Source: the human T2T-CHM13v2.0 reference genome, Homo sapiens. Taken from it: DNA of 64,000 nt. The notes beneath the pieces were generated by a model that worked only from the letters and a program-made list of their open reading frames with translations, did not search any database and had not been told where the DNA came from. The position numbers and the translations under genes were made by a program. This document shows, piece by piece, positions 44,255 through 60,292 of the stretch (the first letter of the stretch is position 1; each line of letters begins with the position of its first letter). The stretch lies in assembly GCF_009914755.1 (NCBI RefSeq), contig NC_060937.1. One strand, 5' to 3'.

Positions 44255-46249
44255 TCAAATAATTAGGTTTTAGTTACATTTTCTCCCCGTTATACTTAAG
44301 TATCAGTAATATAGGGTACAAAATCTATTTTTTAATAGAGTAGTTGAATTTAACTAATCTAGACATACATGAGCTCTCGTAGTTATATGAAACTGCGTTA
44401 AAAATGAAGATTTTGGATTCTGTGTCACATTGTGACTCACTTTACATGTTAACAGAATTTTTTTTAAAAAGTCAATCTTGGCCATTTAAACAGCTATATT
44501 TTAAATAAACTGGGAGATATATATGGCAGATATATATACCATATATATGTATATACGCCATGTATATATGTACAGCATATATAGATATAGATATAACTTT
44601 AAAAAATAGATTTGGAGCACTTTACAATTCCAGGCCCTCTCAGGTCAACTATAAATTGAGCTGAGTAGCTCTTATTTACCATCTATAGAATACACGTGTC
44701 TGTTAAAAGCAATTAATAAATTTTCCATGTGCTCTTTGTTTACTGTTAACCCTGTATTCAAAGCCAAAGCTTTTAAGATACAGATACACTTTGAAACCAA
44801 ATATTTATACAACATTTTGCTACATCTATAAACCAAAAAAAAGCTATAGAATGAATGACGGTATACAAAAGAAGCAGCCTCCTACCCCTAGGGAACATTC
44901 AGTCTTCTAGAGGTCTCTTAGAGAAATGGTGCTAGGTTTGGAAGGACTGTGAAAGCATGAGAAAGTAATGGCTTGTCCTTTGAAAATGTAAAGTTAGTAC
45001 TTATTTGAAAACATTAATAGTTACTTTCTTCCACGACATTTTTTCATTAATATTTCATCAATTTGACATGCTTTTAGAAAGGACAGCCACATGACTTAAA
45101 ATTAGAAGGTATTTTCAACAAATATTTATTTAATAAGCAATGCTACTTGTCATAAACATTACAAACTCTGAATGGCAATTAAGAAATAATAGAAGGCATA
45201 TTTGAAGATAGATGGCAGTGTCAAAATAATAAAGAACAATATTAATAACCTACCTAATACTTTTTGACTTCTTATTGGAAAGTAATCTTGAAAAAATGCC
45301 TTTAAGAGGTACAAGTAGGCACATCTCTCTAATGAAAACTCTGTTTAAAAAATGCATCCCGCTAATATTTTTAATTTACCAGAGATGTTTCTACAACTTC
45401 TATGATGTACTATATTGCTGATTCCCTCATTCCAGCTACAGGCTGTTACACCGATGACTGCCAGGGACCATAACTATAGCACTTCCTGTCAGACATACTT
45501 CACCTCTCCTTTTCTATTCCTTAATACCTGGTATAAAGCCCACTCCCTCCCTTAGCCTCATCCTGCTAAGCCAGCACTCTCTGCTGAAGGGAAACCTCCT
45601 TAGATCACTCTTCTATTCCCTTGGGACTCTCTTGAGATTAATGTCCAATCATCCTTGCAGATTTTAAAAAACAATCTTCAATCTGTCAGTGTTTATTTTC
45701 TTTATAATAGTCTCACCATCTGGAATATAACATTGAGAATGTAATAATAATGTAGTTAATATATCAAAGAAGTGGATATGCAGAACCAAGGCCCCTTAGG
45801 CAGCACTGTCTAATAGAATTGCTTACAATGACAGAAATGGCCTATATATATATATTGTCCAAAATGGTAGCCACTAACTACATGTGGCTCTCAAGCAATT
45901 AATATGTTGTTGTGTTTTTTTTTCATTCATTTTTAGTTAACTAAATTTAAATAGCCACAGGCAGCTAGTGGCTACCATATTGAATAACAGGAAAGAAAAC
46001 AGAGCTGCCTGCATTACTTACCTCCGTGGTATCAATATCAAAGAGAAAGGAAGAAAAGAGAGAAAGAAAAACAAAGGAAAGGAAAAAGAGAAAAGAAATA
46101 CACCCAATAAAACCTTTACTCCACCTGCCCCTTTCAGAAATTATCACTACTAGTATCAAAATGAATCTGAATATATCGTTAATTATCAAACACTTTTTAA
46201 CCTAAGGTGAATTTTTAATAAGTTTTTATAACTTGTTAATCTAAAATTC

Positions 46250-47920
46250 TAAAACATGCCATGCAAATCTAAAAAACATATCCAGAATGGAGTAGAGAGA
46301 GACAAATAAATGCAAAGTATTAATGATAGAATAGGAAATAATAAAGTATAGAGCAAGATGGTCTAACATATACAAAATTAGAGGGGAAAAGGCAATACTT
46401 GACAAAACAATGGCAAAATTTTCACAGAAAGATACCCATCATATTCAAAAAGCCAAAGAAAATTCCCTATCAGAATAAAAAAGAAAGAAATCTCACCCAG
46501 ACACGTAAAAGAAACTCTACAACACCAAAGATAAAAAAAATCATAGAATCAGACAAAGAGAAAAGGCAGATTAGCTGGAAAGGAATCAGTTTTACTAAAC
46601 GCCAAGTTCTCAAAAATAGCAATGAAAGCCAGAAGAGAAAATAGGGTCTTCAATGTGTTAAGCATAGATATCTAAAACCCTCAATTGCATCTCAATTGCA
46701 TGCCCTAGGAAGGCTATCCTTCCAAAGCAAAGGCAAATAGATATTTTGAGACATTAAGTATAATAACAAAAAAAAAATTGTGGGTCAACCTGATTAAATA
46801 TCATTTTTAAAAAAGATATTTTCAAACAGAATTTTGCCATCACACTCTCACTAAGGAATCTTAATAATATACTTAAAGCAAAAGTAAAATAATCTGGGGG
46901 GCGGGGACAAAAATCAAAAAGAATGATGTGTGTAGAAACATATATACATATACACACAGTTATAATATGACTCAATAATAGTAAAATCTAACTTATTAAA
47001 AGAAAACAGATACACTGAAATTTCACTCAAAACTAGCATACAAGTGAAAAAAGATTTTAAAGTATTCTTTGGTTCAAGAGAAGAGATATTGCTTACTTTT
47101 GTACCTTTGAAGTACATGCAAGTTAAATTTCTTTTTAAAGTGTGTTCATGTTAAATTTCTTTTCTAAGATTAGAATTAGATTAGTAAATGAGGAAAAATA
47201 AAATAAGAAATTAAATAGCAATCCAAAAGAAGTTAAGGAGAATAAAGAGGAAGGATGAATATAGAAAAGGAAGAAGGAGAAAGAAGAAATGAGGAGGAGC
47301 AGGAGCAGTTTGGATGATGAACCTGGAAAAAGTAGCATAAATTAAAAATTCAAAATGAAACATCAGATATAAATTCCAACATATTTTCACAATTGATACA
47401 AAAAGTTAAAACTACCAGATAAAGACAAAGATTATCAGACGGGATAAAAAAATTATTCATATGCTATTTATAATAGATATTCCTAAAATACAAGGTATGA
47501 AAATGATTAGTTGGGAAAAATGTAAACAGCTGCACACATCAAGATGGATAAATCTATGAAACAATATTGAGAGGAAATACAACTCTCAGAAGAATGCATG
47601 GAAGATGACTGGTTAACATACAGTTCAAAAACATATAAAACCAAACAGTAGGTTAATTAGGAATATGTATATACTAAAACTATAATAGAAAGGAATGATA
47701 AACCCAAAACTCAGGATAGTGGTTACCACAGAATAGTAGGGGGAAGGGGTGTTTAGGAATGAATGAGGGTATAGGATTAAAAAGGGATGAAAGGAAGCTT
47801 CAAAGCTATAGGCAATATTATATGTCTCAGCCTCATTAGTAGGCAAGGAGATGCATGTTATATTGTTATGACAAATTGTCTTTTGGAAATGTTTAATATC
47901 TAATTTAAAAATTTAAAGTA
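46250..47920 (+). mobile_element. Highly diverged L1ME-like fragments
   Basis: A-rich strand with ORF1-like and 3'-end-like L1 motifs. Confidence 0.55.
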
Positions 47921-48933
47921 AGTCAAAGTATTAGCAACTTCAAATTTCTGATCTTGAAAGACTTCCTCAGATCATGTTGATAAAAATGAGTACACTGATC
48001 TCACTGCTTGTCACAAGTTTTTCTGTCTTTACACATGTGACTTATGGTATGAACTAGATCAACTCCGAAATCAAGATGTTCCACCTGCTTTGTGTTTTTA
48101 ATCCCAGAAATGAAGAAAAAATGGATTCCAAAAACGACACTTATTAAATGGAATAATGACATTCAAAGGCTGTTTACTTGTTTTCACGTAAACACATACA
48201 TTTCTGCAAAATTTTCCAAAATGATTTTCTCAAAATTATAGTTATCAACTTAAGAATCTCTTTAGAAATCTAACAAAAAGATAACTTTATGAGAAAATTA
48301 TTCTTGTTAATTTGAAAATGAAAATTTTAACTATGATTAATGGAAAATAATGCCTAAAATTTCAACACACAAAAACCTGATAAGCCTAGATTTTGAGACA
48401 AAAAATCTTACCCTTGACAGGCACGTCAAATTAAGAAAATAAAGATACCTTCTATCACTAATTTGCTATATGCATAGATGAGTATGATCTATAAATGCTG
48501 ATATCAATCAAAATGATGTTGCTGTCTACCTTTTTATGTTTCTACCCAAATGTATTCCATAATTCAAACATAATTATTGACTATGTCAAGATCCACTAAA
48601 AATAATATTTGATAATTTGAAGAAATTGGTCTTTTCCCTGGTGTTCAGAACTAGCTCAAAACTGTCACCGAGAATACTAGATAATCAATAAATAACAAAT
48701 AGAAGATGTTTGTGATCTCTACATCAAATCTTCATAAAGCAAGGCAAATAATCTAGTATTTAGCATACTGATTTTCACATAATTCATAGAGAGTAAAAGG
48801 CTGACATGGCTCACAATTGCTAGGCAGTTTCAGAAGTTGAAGAGTGGCTCTAAAAATATTACATATCCAGAGCCAAGAGGGGAGAGCTAATTGGGAGTAC
48901 AGAGGAGTCTACTTTTTCCTTGATTTCTTTCTC

Positions 48934-49254
<321 letters not shown>

Positions 49255-49521
49255 TGAACCTACACCAGCATTGGAAAACCATCAATCAGTTCAATTTTCT
49301 TTTTTGTTCTATTCAGACATTTTAAAAACTTTAACTCTAATTTACTTAATGATATTAGAGGTCTAACAATGATCTCAAACTTAAGAAAAATTAGAAATTC
49401 TTTTTAGTCACATACTGTATAAAAATTAAAAACTGATTCAAAGAGCAGGCATATCATAACTAACAGGAAAGTCCAAAAATTTGATCACAGGCATAACTTC
49501 CAAGTTTTACATGTCCAGCTA

Positions 49522-49914
<393 letters not shown>

Positions 49915-50379
49915 TCAGAAAAAATTCTCCAATGATATTTTCTATTCTTTTCAATTAAAAAAAACTACTTCATGGATAACATCATGGATTCCTAATAACA
50001 TATTCTAGAATTGTCCATCCTTAGAGAAAGAATTCCACCAGTTTCTAGTTTTTCTTCTTTAAATAAGGTTCAAATGAACAAGACACAGCATAATTTCCCA
50101 GTGTTTTTAGGTAAAATCACAATAATAACCCATTGTAAGATGCATGAATTCATATATAAAAACCTTCTATTTTGTTTTCTTTTGTTAGCACAGACATCTA
50201 CTTTTGAGTAGATGAAGAGGAGAATAATAGTAGTAGTAAATAAAGGGTCTACTCCTCATTATATTGAAAAACTATGAATATTTCCAGTGCCCACTAGCTG
50301 ACAGATAAACTGAGAAATGAGTGTGAATTGTCTCCCCAGTCAACACCCCCAATACCCTTTCTATGTTTAAACTCCATAG

Positions 50380-50723
<344 letters not shown>

Positions 50724-51766
50724 TGTAATATATATTTTTAAATGAACCTGGACAAATATATTTTTAAATGAACATATTCTACAGGCAAAGATTAAGCTGG
50801 ACACCAAAGCTCTTCATTTATGAATATATCTGTCAAATAAATTCCCCAATCCATTCTCAGTTTCTAACACTAGCCAAGGTAAGACTAAAGAAGGCTAAAA
50901 TTAAAACCTCATTGTTTCAATCAACAAATCTTTATGGAGCATTTCCTACATGCTAAACAGCGTGTCTGGTAACGCGAGGTAAATTACACATATGAAGCCC
51001 TAGTCTCATGCCAACCATTAGTCTGCAGTCTAGAGGACAGACTGGAAATGGCAAAATATGGAAAAATAAAGTTGAAATATACTAAAGTTTCTTTGTTGAC
51101 TCATCATACTCCTTAGATAAATCTCACTCAGTCTCACATCTCAGCAGGTAAGGTTGTTTTCTTTTAAATACATGTACGGTCAAAGATTTCTGCATACTAT
51201 ATCCTAGCCACAGAAATGTCCAAAAAAGTAATAATCAGAGCAAATTCTTCTCCATATCATGAACCTCCAATTATAGTATGCAATTCTAGCCTTCAGAACA
51301 CACACACACACGTATAGATACATGACTACATATACATATATTCTTATGCAGAAATAATCATTCATTTCTTACACAATAAAAACCCAAAACTGATCTACAA
51401 TCCTTGTAGCTCTGAAATTCTCTGTTTCTGACTGTTTAGGTATTTCATAACAACTTCTGCTTGAATTTTTTCAAGAATACTCTTGTTTAGCCACCTACCT
51501 AATTCAGAGTTAGCAAATGGCCTCTGAATAGACTGAAATCTCTCTTTTTAAGCACCACAATTAACATACATGATATATTTCAGGTACATCTTCCTGATTT
51601 TTGTTTTTTTAACAAGTCTGTCTCCTACCATGCAATAATCTGACAAGTTTAAATATGTCCAGTTTATCAAAATATATTTACACTGATTGTTCAATTTTGT
51701 TCACAACTATTTCTTAGAGGCACCAAAAATTAGCCCCATTCCAAAACTGACTTATGGAAACACCTA

Positions 51767-51900
51767 TGGTATTGTTTTCAGATAAAATACAGGATACAAA
51801 CTTAAATTTGGACGTCAGATAAACAGTGTGTGTGTGTCTAGAATTGAATATTTCTGGTCATTCTGTACTTTTATTTGGTAAATATAGCAATACTAACCTA
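51767..51900. mobile_element. MER53-like MITE
   Basis: CAGATAAAATACAGGA..TTAAATTTG..TCAGATAAACA motif. Confidence 0.6.
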
Positions 51901-52312
51901 TAGGCCCCTACAACGACATCATTTCCAACAACAGAAAAAATTAATTAGTGGTATTTCTTACTGTGTCAAATAAGATCAGCAAGTAAATATACAATGACAA
52001 AATTCAGGGTGAAACTCAGTCATATTAAATTAATAGTTTCTCACATGACAATTGTCTTTTAGAAAACACCTTAAGTTTCTAAAAATTCTATGTGGGCAAA
52101 AGGCTTTTTTACAGTCCCTGAGCAATGTACCACTCAGTAATAAATGCAAAAGGTACTATTGAGACTATATTTCTTCCTGCATATAAATATTAGGTATTCA
52201 GTTTGTACTTTGAGAAACTGTTGAGGTTTACCAGGCAAAATGAAAAAAAGTATTAAACTAAAAGAACACATTAATGACATCTGCCCTGTTGGTGTTCAAA
52301 TAGATGAATTAC

Positions 52313-52443
52313 CTCACAGGATTGCTGGTCAAAGACACTCGGAGAGACTCCAGGCATGTGACAAGTCTCTCATCTGCAGACCCCATTTTCAGCTCATGAA
52401 TGAATTCCTGAGGTGAGATCTGTCGGCTTCTCTTAAGACTTCC
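52313..52443 (-). CDS. DIAPH3: DIAPH3 coding exon (probably exon 5), 131 nt, GBD region
   Basis: Minus strand tttatag|GGAAGT...CCTGTGAG|gtaatt; translates GSLKRSRQISPQEFIHELKMGSADERLVTCLESLRVSLTSNPV(S), recognised DIAPH3 sequence; phase 0 start, phase 2 end. Confidence 0.96.
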
Positions 52444-54357
52444 CTATAAAATAAGTCAAAAAATGTTTTGATTAATACTGCATGGAGATTACCCATTAAA
52501 AAATAACAAGTTAATCTCCCTAACAGCAGCACATAACTACTATAATTAACACTATTTGGGCAAGGGTGGTAAATAATTTCCTTACTTCTGCCCAAAAATC
52601 TATGAATTCATAATGTGTGGTATCCACAAAAGATAGTAATATAACATCAGAAGGTGTGCAAATTGAAATAACTGCCTTCTCAAATGTAAAATGACATGGA
52701 GAACAATTGTATACTATAGAAAATATCTTAAAATACAGTAATATTTTTAGGCACACACAAAATAAAATTCAAAACTCAATACAAGAACTACCCTATTAAA
52801 ATTAGTATTCTGAGCAGTGTAGAAAAGGCTATTAGGTATTAATTCATTCAACTATCACTATAAGCCTAGTTCTAGGCACTGTAGACACATGGATTAACAA
52901 AAAGCGAAGTCTGGAAGAAATGCAAGCAAGAAAATAATAATTTTCTTTACAGTCTAGTTCCTGTAACACAGCACCAAGAGACTCAAAGAAAGAACATCTA
53001 ACTTGGCAGAACAGATCAGGGAAGCTTGCAAAACAGGGCTACATCTTCCTGGTTTTTCTTTTGTAAGTAAGCATTAGGGAGGCAAAGAATGAGAAAGGAA
53101 TTAACTTCCAGACCAAAACATAACACACACGTACACATGCAGAGAAAAACAAAAACATATGCAACTGAAGACAGAGGCCAGATCATGGAGTGATAGAGCA
53201 CTACTATGCAATTAGCTCTCCTGGGGAGTTTTGGAAGGATCACTCCAGTGTGAAATATGAATTAGAAGAGTTAGAGTTCACTCATTATTCAACAAACATT
53301 AAGTACCTACTAAATACTGGGCACTGTTTTAAGTACTGAGAATAGAGCAGAGATGAAAGAAGAATAAGAGATTGAACTTCCTACCTACATGTAGCTTTAC
53401 TACATATGGGGAGAAACAGGCAATACATAAAATAACGAAAATGCATTGCACTGTAAATAATAAATGCTGTAGAGAAGAATAAAAGCAGGAAAGAGAATAA
53501 GTAGCTTCATATGAGACATGCAATTTTAAACAGGATGGTCAAAGAAAGCCTCACAGAGAAGACTTCAAAGGCCTCAAACTTGAGTGTTTAAATAAAAAGT
53601 CTGAAGGAGATAAGACAGCTAACCATGCATATACAGGAAAAAAAAATGCTGTGATGGAGGGAACTGTAGGTTTTACAGTCCACTGAAAGAACTTGGACTT
53701 TTACTCTGAGATCAGAAGCAGAGAGATCTGTTGAGAAGGTATCTATATAGCCTAGATAGGAAATGATGAGGATGGTGAACTAACAATAAAGTTCTGAATT
53801 ATATTATTTGAATTACAGATTCACCATCCAACGGCAGGAAATGAATTGTGTAAGTTCAAAAGAAGATCAGGTGAAGTGGTACGAAATTCGGTGTTTTTCA
53901 TGTTTTTTGTTTTTATTAATTTACTATAATGTTATTCAAAACAACATTCCCAATAAAGCAAAACAAATTAGCACTGTAAAGACGGGTTATTTTTATTCAT
54001 GTCATTATCAAAGTAGTAATTTAATAAAGAAGAATTCAATGGTACAATCTCCGAAAATAAAAGGGGAAATGGTGAAAGCTATGAAAATGAACATCCGATT
54101 ATTTTTACCGCAGTCACTGATATCATTCAAAGAACATATTCAACTTGTACCAACAGAGCACTTATTGATGTCTCTTTTTGCTCTGAATTACCAAAGGACT
54201 GATTGTTCAACAGAGAAAATTTAGAAAACACAGAAAAGCAACAGGAACAAAGGTGCCTCAAAATAACTACTGTTAATATATTTCTACATAAAGCATTTTT
54301 CTCATATATAGAGAGAATATTAATATATTTGCATATATTTATATTTTAAAACATATA

Positions 54358-55055
<698 letters not shown>

Positions 55056-55933
55056 TTATTTAAAACATCGTTTGATACCTATTGTTCTATAGGCTATTAT
55101 CTTTAAGCAATATTTCATGAACATATTCCAATTCAAAACATAAGCCATAAAGAATATGACCTCTTCCTGCCTACAGACTATTGCATTACTTACTTAATTA
55201 GTCCCTGGCTCTTGGGCAAGTAGGTTGTTTACAATTTCTTGATATCATAAATTTTTCAAGTTTCCTGTGTGTGCTGTCAGGCCAATATTTTTATCCAAAA
55301 ATACAGCAGTGGAGGTTAACTAGATGATCTCTTGCAGCCCATTCTAAATTTATTACCGAAAAACTTGCAATTTGGGTAGGATCAAAATAAACCACAACTG
55401 AATAAATAGATTTTTTTCTTCAACAATAAGTAAGCTCCATGTAGCAAATACTTTTTAAGTATGAGAATAACCAGTAAGTGCATGTGGATAAGAACAAAAG
55501 TGATATTAAAAGATAAAAAACAAAAACCACCTATCCTACATCTTAGCCCTGTCTCACAAAGACAATAATTCTTAATTCCTTTAACAGTTTCTTCTGATAG
55601 TTGCTTAATATGTCTAATGTACCTGATATTTTTAGATTTCTAAATATTCATTATTACCTTTGATTTGTATTATGAAAAATAAGGATTTAATTATCTTCAA
55701 ACATTGGAACCTCTTCTCTTCCAACTCCTGAATAGCAATAGGTAAACTCAATTGAACCAAAAGATGCCATTCCATGAAATGAGAGCTAACTGAATCCACA
55801 TTTTATAAAGTCCTTACAGCTACATCCCTAAAGAGATGAGTTCAGGCATCCAAAAATCTTAATGCTTTAGTTCATTTTATTATCACTGAATAGGATATTA
55901 TATGTCCCAATCATAAAATGCTCAATTACTGTA

Positions 55934-56765
55934 AGGATATAAACAGACACTTTTCAACGGAAGACATTTATGTGGCCAAAAGACATATTAAAAAAAGCTC
56001 ATCATCACTGGTCATTAGAGAAATGCAAATCAAAACCAAAATGAGATACCATCTCACGCCAGTTACAATGGCGATCATTAAAAAGTCAGGAAACAACAGA
56101 TGCTGGAGAGGATGTGTAGAAATAGGAACACTTTTACACTGTTGGTGAGAGTGTAAATAGTTCAACCATTGTGGAAGACAGTATGGTGATTCCTCAGGGA
56201 TCTAGAACTAGAAATACCATTTGACCGAGCAATCCCATTACTAGGTATACACCCAAAGGATTATAAATCATGCTGCTATAAAGACACATGCACACGTATG
56301 TTTATTGCAGCACTGTTCACAATAGCAAAGACTTGGAACCAACCCAAATGCCCATCAATGATAGACTGGATAAAGAAAATGTGGCACATATACACCATGG
56401 AATACTATGCAGCCATAAAAAAAGAATGAGTTCATGTCCTTTGCAGGGACACAGATGAAGCTGGAAACCATCATTCTCAGCAAACTAACAACAAGAACAG
56501 AAAACCAAACACCACATGTTCTCACTCATAAGTTGGAGTTGAACAACGAGAACACATGGACATAGGGAGGGGAACTTCACATACCGGGGCTTTTCGGGGG
56601 GTTGGGGGGCTAAGAGAGGGATAGCATTAGGACAAATACCTAATGTAAATGATGGGTTGATAGGTGCAGCAAATCACCATGGCACGTGTATACCTATGTA
56701 ACAAACTTGCACGTTCTGCACTTGTATCCCAGAAATTAAAGTATTATTTTAAAAAAAGAAAAAGG
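55934..56765 (+). mobile_element. 5'-truncated L1PA 3' end (ORF2 C-terminus and 3' UTR)
   Basis: ORF track [33 protein letters not shown]...CW is L1 ORF2p C-terminal; L1PA 3' UTR with G-rich tract and A tail. Confidence 0.93.
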
Positions 56766-57482
56766 AAATACCTATAGATAAAACTACAACACATTTGTGG
56801 AAACTGAGGACAACCTACAAAAATAAACGTTATACCATACTCACAGAACAGAAGAATTAATTTTATTAAGAAATCCATTAAGTACATTTTCTGAAAAAAA
56901 AAATCCATAGATGCAATCAATGATTACCGTCAAAATCCCATCAAGTGTTTTGTAGAAATTGAAAACTACATTCTAAAATTTATATGAAAATAAAGGAGAC
57001 CTAAAATAGGAAAAACAATTGTGATAAAGAACAAAGTTGGGGAGCTTACACTATCTGATTTCAAGATTAACTATAAATCTATAGTAATCAAATTAGAGTG
57101 ATACAGGCATCAGTGGAATAGAGAGTCCAGAAATATAACTTATATCATCAATGATTTTCACGAAAGTTGTCAATATGATTCAATGGGGGGAAGAAGAATC
57201 TCTTCAACAAATGGTGCTAGAACAATTGGACTTTCATATGAAAGAAAGTGAACCTGGATCCTAGACCTAAAAGTAAAAGCTAAAACTATAAAACATCTAG
57301 AAGAAAACAGGTAAAAATCCTCCTTGCCTTGGAGAAGGCAAAGATTTCTTAAATAGGACACAAAGAGTACTAGCTATAAAACTAAAATATTGTACCTCAT
57401 TAAATTCAAAAGTCTCTTATTAAATTAGTTTCAGTAAGGAAATGAAAGGTAAGCACAAACCAGGAGAAAATATTTGCAATAC

Positions 57483-57938
57483 AGTTAAGAACTGTATAGT
57501 GTCTGAGATTTCAACTGTATAGAGTCTGAGATTTCAACTTACAAGCTAAGTTAGCCTGTTACTATTTCACAGATGCTGGCAGAAAACACAAGACTCCTGG
57601 ATTAGAGCCAAAGGACTTCATTATGCATGTGTTGGGTCCCTAACCCACCCAGTCGCACGGGGACAATGCAGGGCCCATGGTGAATGCCTGCACATGCAGT
57701 GGATTGCATCATAAGAGAAGAACACAAAGCTTGGGGGATTCACCATTTTTATAGTGAGCAGTAATAGGCATGCTCATTGTGCAGAGAGAGGCAAAACCTC
57801 GCCTCTCCAGGCTACTCACTGCAAATGCAACTCAGAAAAATGGGATGGGTAAAGAGCAATCAAACCTTGCATTCTTGGCATAGCCAGCAAGTAGATGTAG
57901 GGAAACTCAGGACCCATGGAAGACTGCCTCTCCCAATG
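57483..57938 (-). mobile_element. LTR40-like solo LTR inserted in an old L1
   Basis: Reverse-complement similarity to LTR40 ends (AAGAACTGT..GTCTGAGATTT; GACCCATGGA..TCCCAA); L1 sequence resumes on both sides; possible ATAC(A) TSD. Confidence 0.7.
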
Positions 57939-58150
57939 ATACATTTCATAAAGGACTAGTATTCAGAATAAAGAACTCCTATAACTCAATAGTAATAAGA
58001 CAAATTAATAAACAGATTAAAAACTTCATAACAGAAGATATGTGAATGGCCAATAATCACATGAGGACATGTTCAAGATCACCTGTCAGCAGAGGAATTC
58101 AAATTGGAACAACAAATGAGGGAGTGCTACACAGTCCCTATAGTAGTCTC

Positions 58151-58566
58151 CTAGAGTAGTGAGAATTTGATACTCCTGGAACTCTTCTACACTACTGGTG
58201 GCATATAAAATGATACTATCACCCTGGAAGATGTTTGTTTCTTTTAAGTTAAATATACATTGCCCATATTACTCAGCAATTGCAGTTACTAGAGTAGTGA
58301 GAATTTGATACTCCTGGAACTCTTCTACACTACTGGTGGACATATAAAATGATACTATCACCCTGGAAGATGTTTGTTTCTTTTAAGTTAAATATACATT
58401 GCCCATATTACTCAGCAATTGCAGTTACTAGAGTAGTGAGAATTTGATACTCCTGGAACTCTTCTACACTACTGGTGGACATATAAAATGATACTATCAC
58501 CCTGGAAGATGTTTGTTTCTTTTAAGTTAAATATACATTGCCCATATTACTCAGCAATTGCAGTTA
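58151..58566. repeat. Tandem repeat, 3 copies of a 138/139-bp unit
   Basis: Copies at 58151-58288, 58289-58427, 58428-58566; copies 2 and 3 read identical, copy 1 lacks one A. Confidence 0.97.
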
Positions 58567-59530
58567 AGTGTTAAGCAGGAGGAAAAAAATGAAAAAAATC
58601 TACGATGTATGGAATACCTTTATTCTTAATAGTTAAAATCTGAGAACAACCCAAGTATTCATCAACAAATTATAGTATAACCACACAATGAAATACTATG
58701 CAGCAATAAAAAGAATTCACTACTGATAAATGCAACAAGACAAAGGAATCAAAAAATTATGCTAGGTTGAAGTAGCCCAAACAAAAAGTACACAGTGGAT
58801 GGTTCTATTTATATGAAAAACCAAAACTAACCTGTCAATCTTTTCTCTAGGACCATTACAATTCAGGCACAGAAGCAGAGCTATTAAATTTGGTGTGTTT
58901 GGCTGGAGGATAGGATTAAAAGGAGGCAACATTTTAAATAGGGCAGCAAGTAGATTTAACCAATAAACACTGGGAAAGACAGACTAAATCCACTAGCTAA
59001 CGATAATTACTTCAGCCATATTGAACTGTCCAACTTGAACAATTTGTTGCCTCAAGGATTCTGCATTCCCACCTGAGAATCCTGCCTCTGACACCCTCCG
59101 CCCTTATCCAAACCCTCACCACCACTACTACAACCCTTACCCAGGCCTACTCCTAAACATTGGTTAGACCTGGGCTGAGAGTGGCTTCCCACAAAAGGCC
59201 TCTCGTGAGCCACGCAATGGGTCCCTTCCCCCAGTCTATGGATTCATTTTTCATAACTCTTACTCTGTATTAAAATAACTTTCATTACTACTTATTATTT
59301 AAAGGATATATTGAACACCTATTGTGTGCCAAGTACTGTTTACATGATGCAGACACAGGAGTGACGTAAAAGTCAAAGATGAGTCCTAGGACTTCAGTCT
59401 ATGCCAAAACATGGTACCATCTACTTAGATGGGGGAGATAGAATAAAGAGAGTGAGTGATAGGGGAAATAGCTATTTAAGAGCCTCTAGAGAAAATAATA
59501 TCTTTTGTTCTAAGAAAATAACGCTTGTGC

Positions 59531-59830
59531 GGCTAAGCATGGTAGCTCATGCCTGTAATTCCGGCAACTTGGGAGGCTGGGGCAGGAAGATTGCTAGAGG
59601 CCAGGAGTTTGAAAACATACTGGGCAACACAGTGAGACCCCATCTCTACAAAAAACATTTTTCTTAATTAACCCAGCATGGTGGTGCATGCCAGTAGATC
59701 TAGATACTCAGGAGACTGAGGTTGGAAGATCACTTGAGCCCAGGAGTTTGAGGTTGCCATGAGCCATGATCGTGCCACTGCACTCCAGCCTAGGCAACAG
59801 AGCAAAACTGTGTCTCAAAAAAAGAAAAGA
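59531..59830 (+). mobile_element. AluJ
   Basis: GATCACTTGAGCCCAGGAGTTTGAGG right arm. Confidence 0.9.
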
Positions 59831-60050
59831 CAGAAGGAAAGAAAATATCACTTGTGCAGAGACCAGAATGAAGAGGAGAGGACATGGGAAAGCTGAGAAA
59901 AAGAACTTCTAGCAAACAGAAGAGAAAATACAAAGCCTTGTGGCAGGAATGAACTTGGCATATTTAGAGGACAGTAAGAAGACTCAGTGAACACGACAAG
60001 AGTTACAGATGACAAGGACAGACAGAAAAGGCAGGGCTCCGATCCTCTAG

Positions 60051-60292
60051 GCAGGCAGCTGAAAAACTACAGCCTGAGTGTCAAATGTTTTTGTATGATC
60101 TTGGGGCTGAGAATAATTTTCACATTTTCAAATGCTTGTTAAAAAGAAGAGGAAGAGAATGAAGAGGAGGAGGAGGAGGAAGAAGTGAAGAAATCAGAAG
60201 CAGCAGCAGCAGCAGATGCAACTGAGACCATATGTGACAAAGTCTAAAATATTTACTGTGTGGACATTTAAGAAAAAGTATGCCATCCCCTG
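60051..60292. mobile_element. MER58-like hAT-Charlie element with internal (GGA)n/(GCA)n
   Basis: AAAATATTTACTGTGTGGACATTTAAGAAAAAGTATGCCATCCCCTG end motif. Confidence 0.7.

Larger units (their letters stand above)
56770..58830 (+). mobile_element. Old L1M fragments (ORF2 and 3' end), interrupted by LTR40-like LTR and a tandem triplication
   Basis: L1 ORF2-like motifs (ACAAAGTTGGGGAGCTTACACTATCTGATTTCAAGA; CTTCAACAAATGGTGCT). Confidence 0.8.

Noticed and set aside
53808-54224. 138-aa plus-strand ORF
   Set aside because: TTG start, AT-rich, no recognisable domain
55918-56148. ORF resembling a real protein
   Set aside because: C-terminal fragment of L1 ORF2p in a truncated L1PA
58151-58566. 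CRISPR-like array
   Set aside because: Contiguous 139-bp units with no spacers, in primate DNA
60162-60214. (GGA)n and (GCA)5 triplets as coding or expansion repeats
   Set aside because: Short, intronic and inside a MER58-like element
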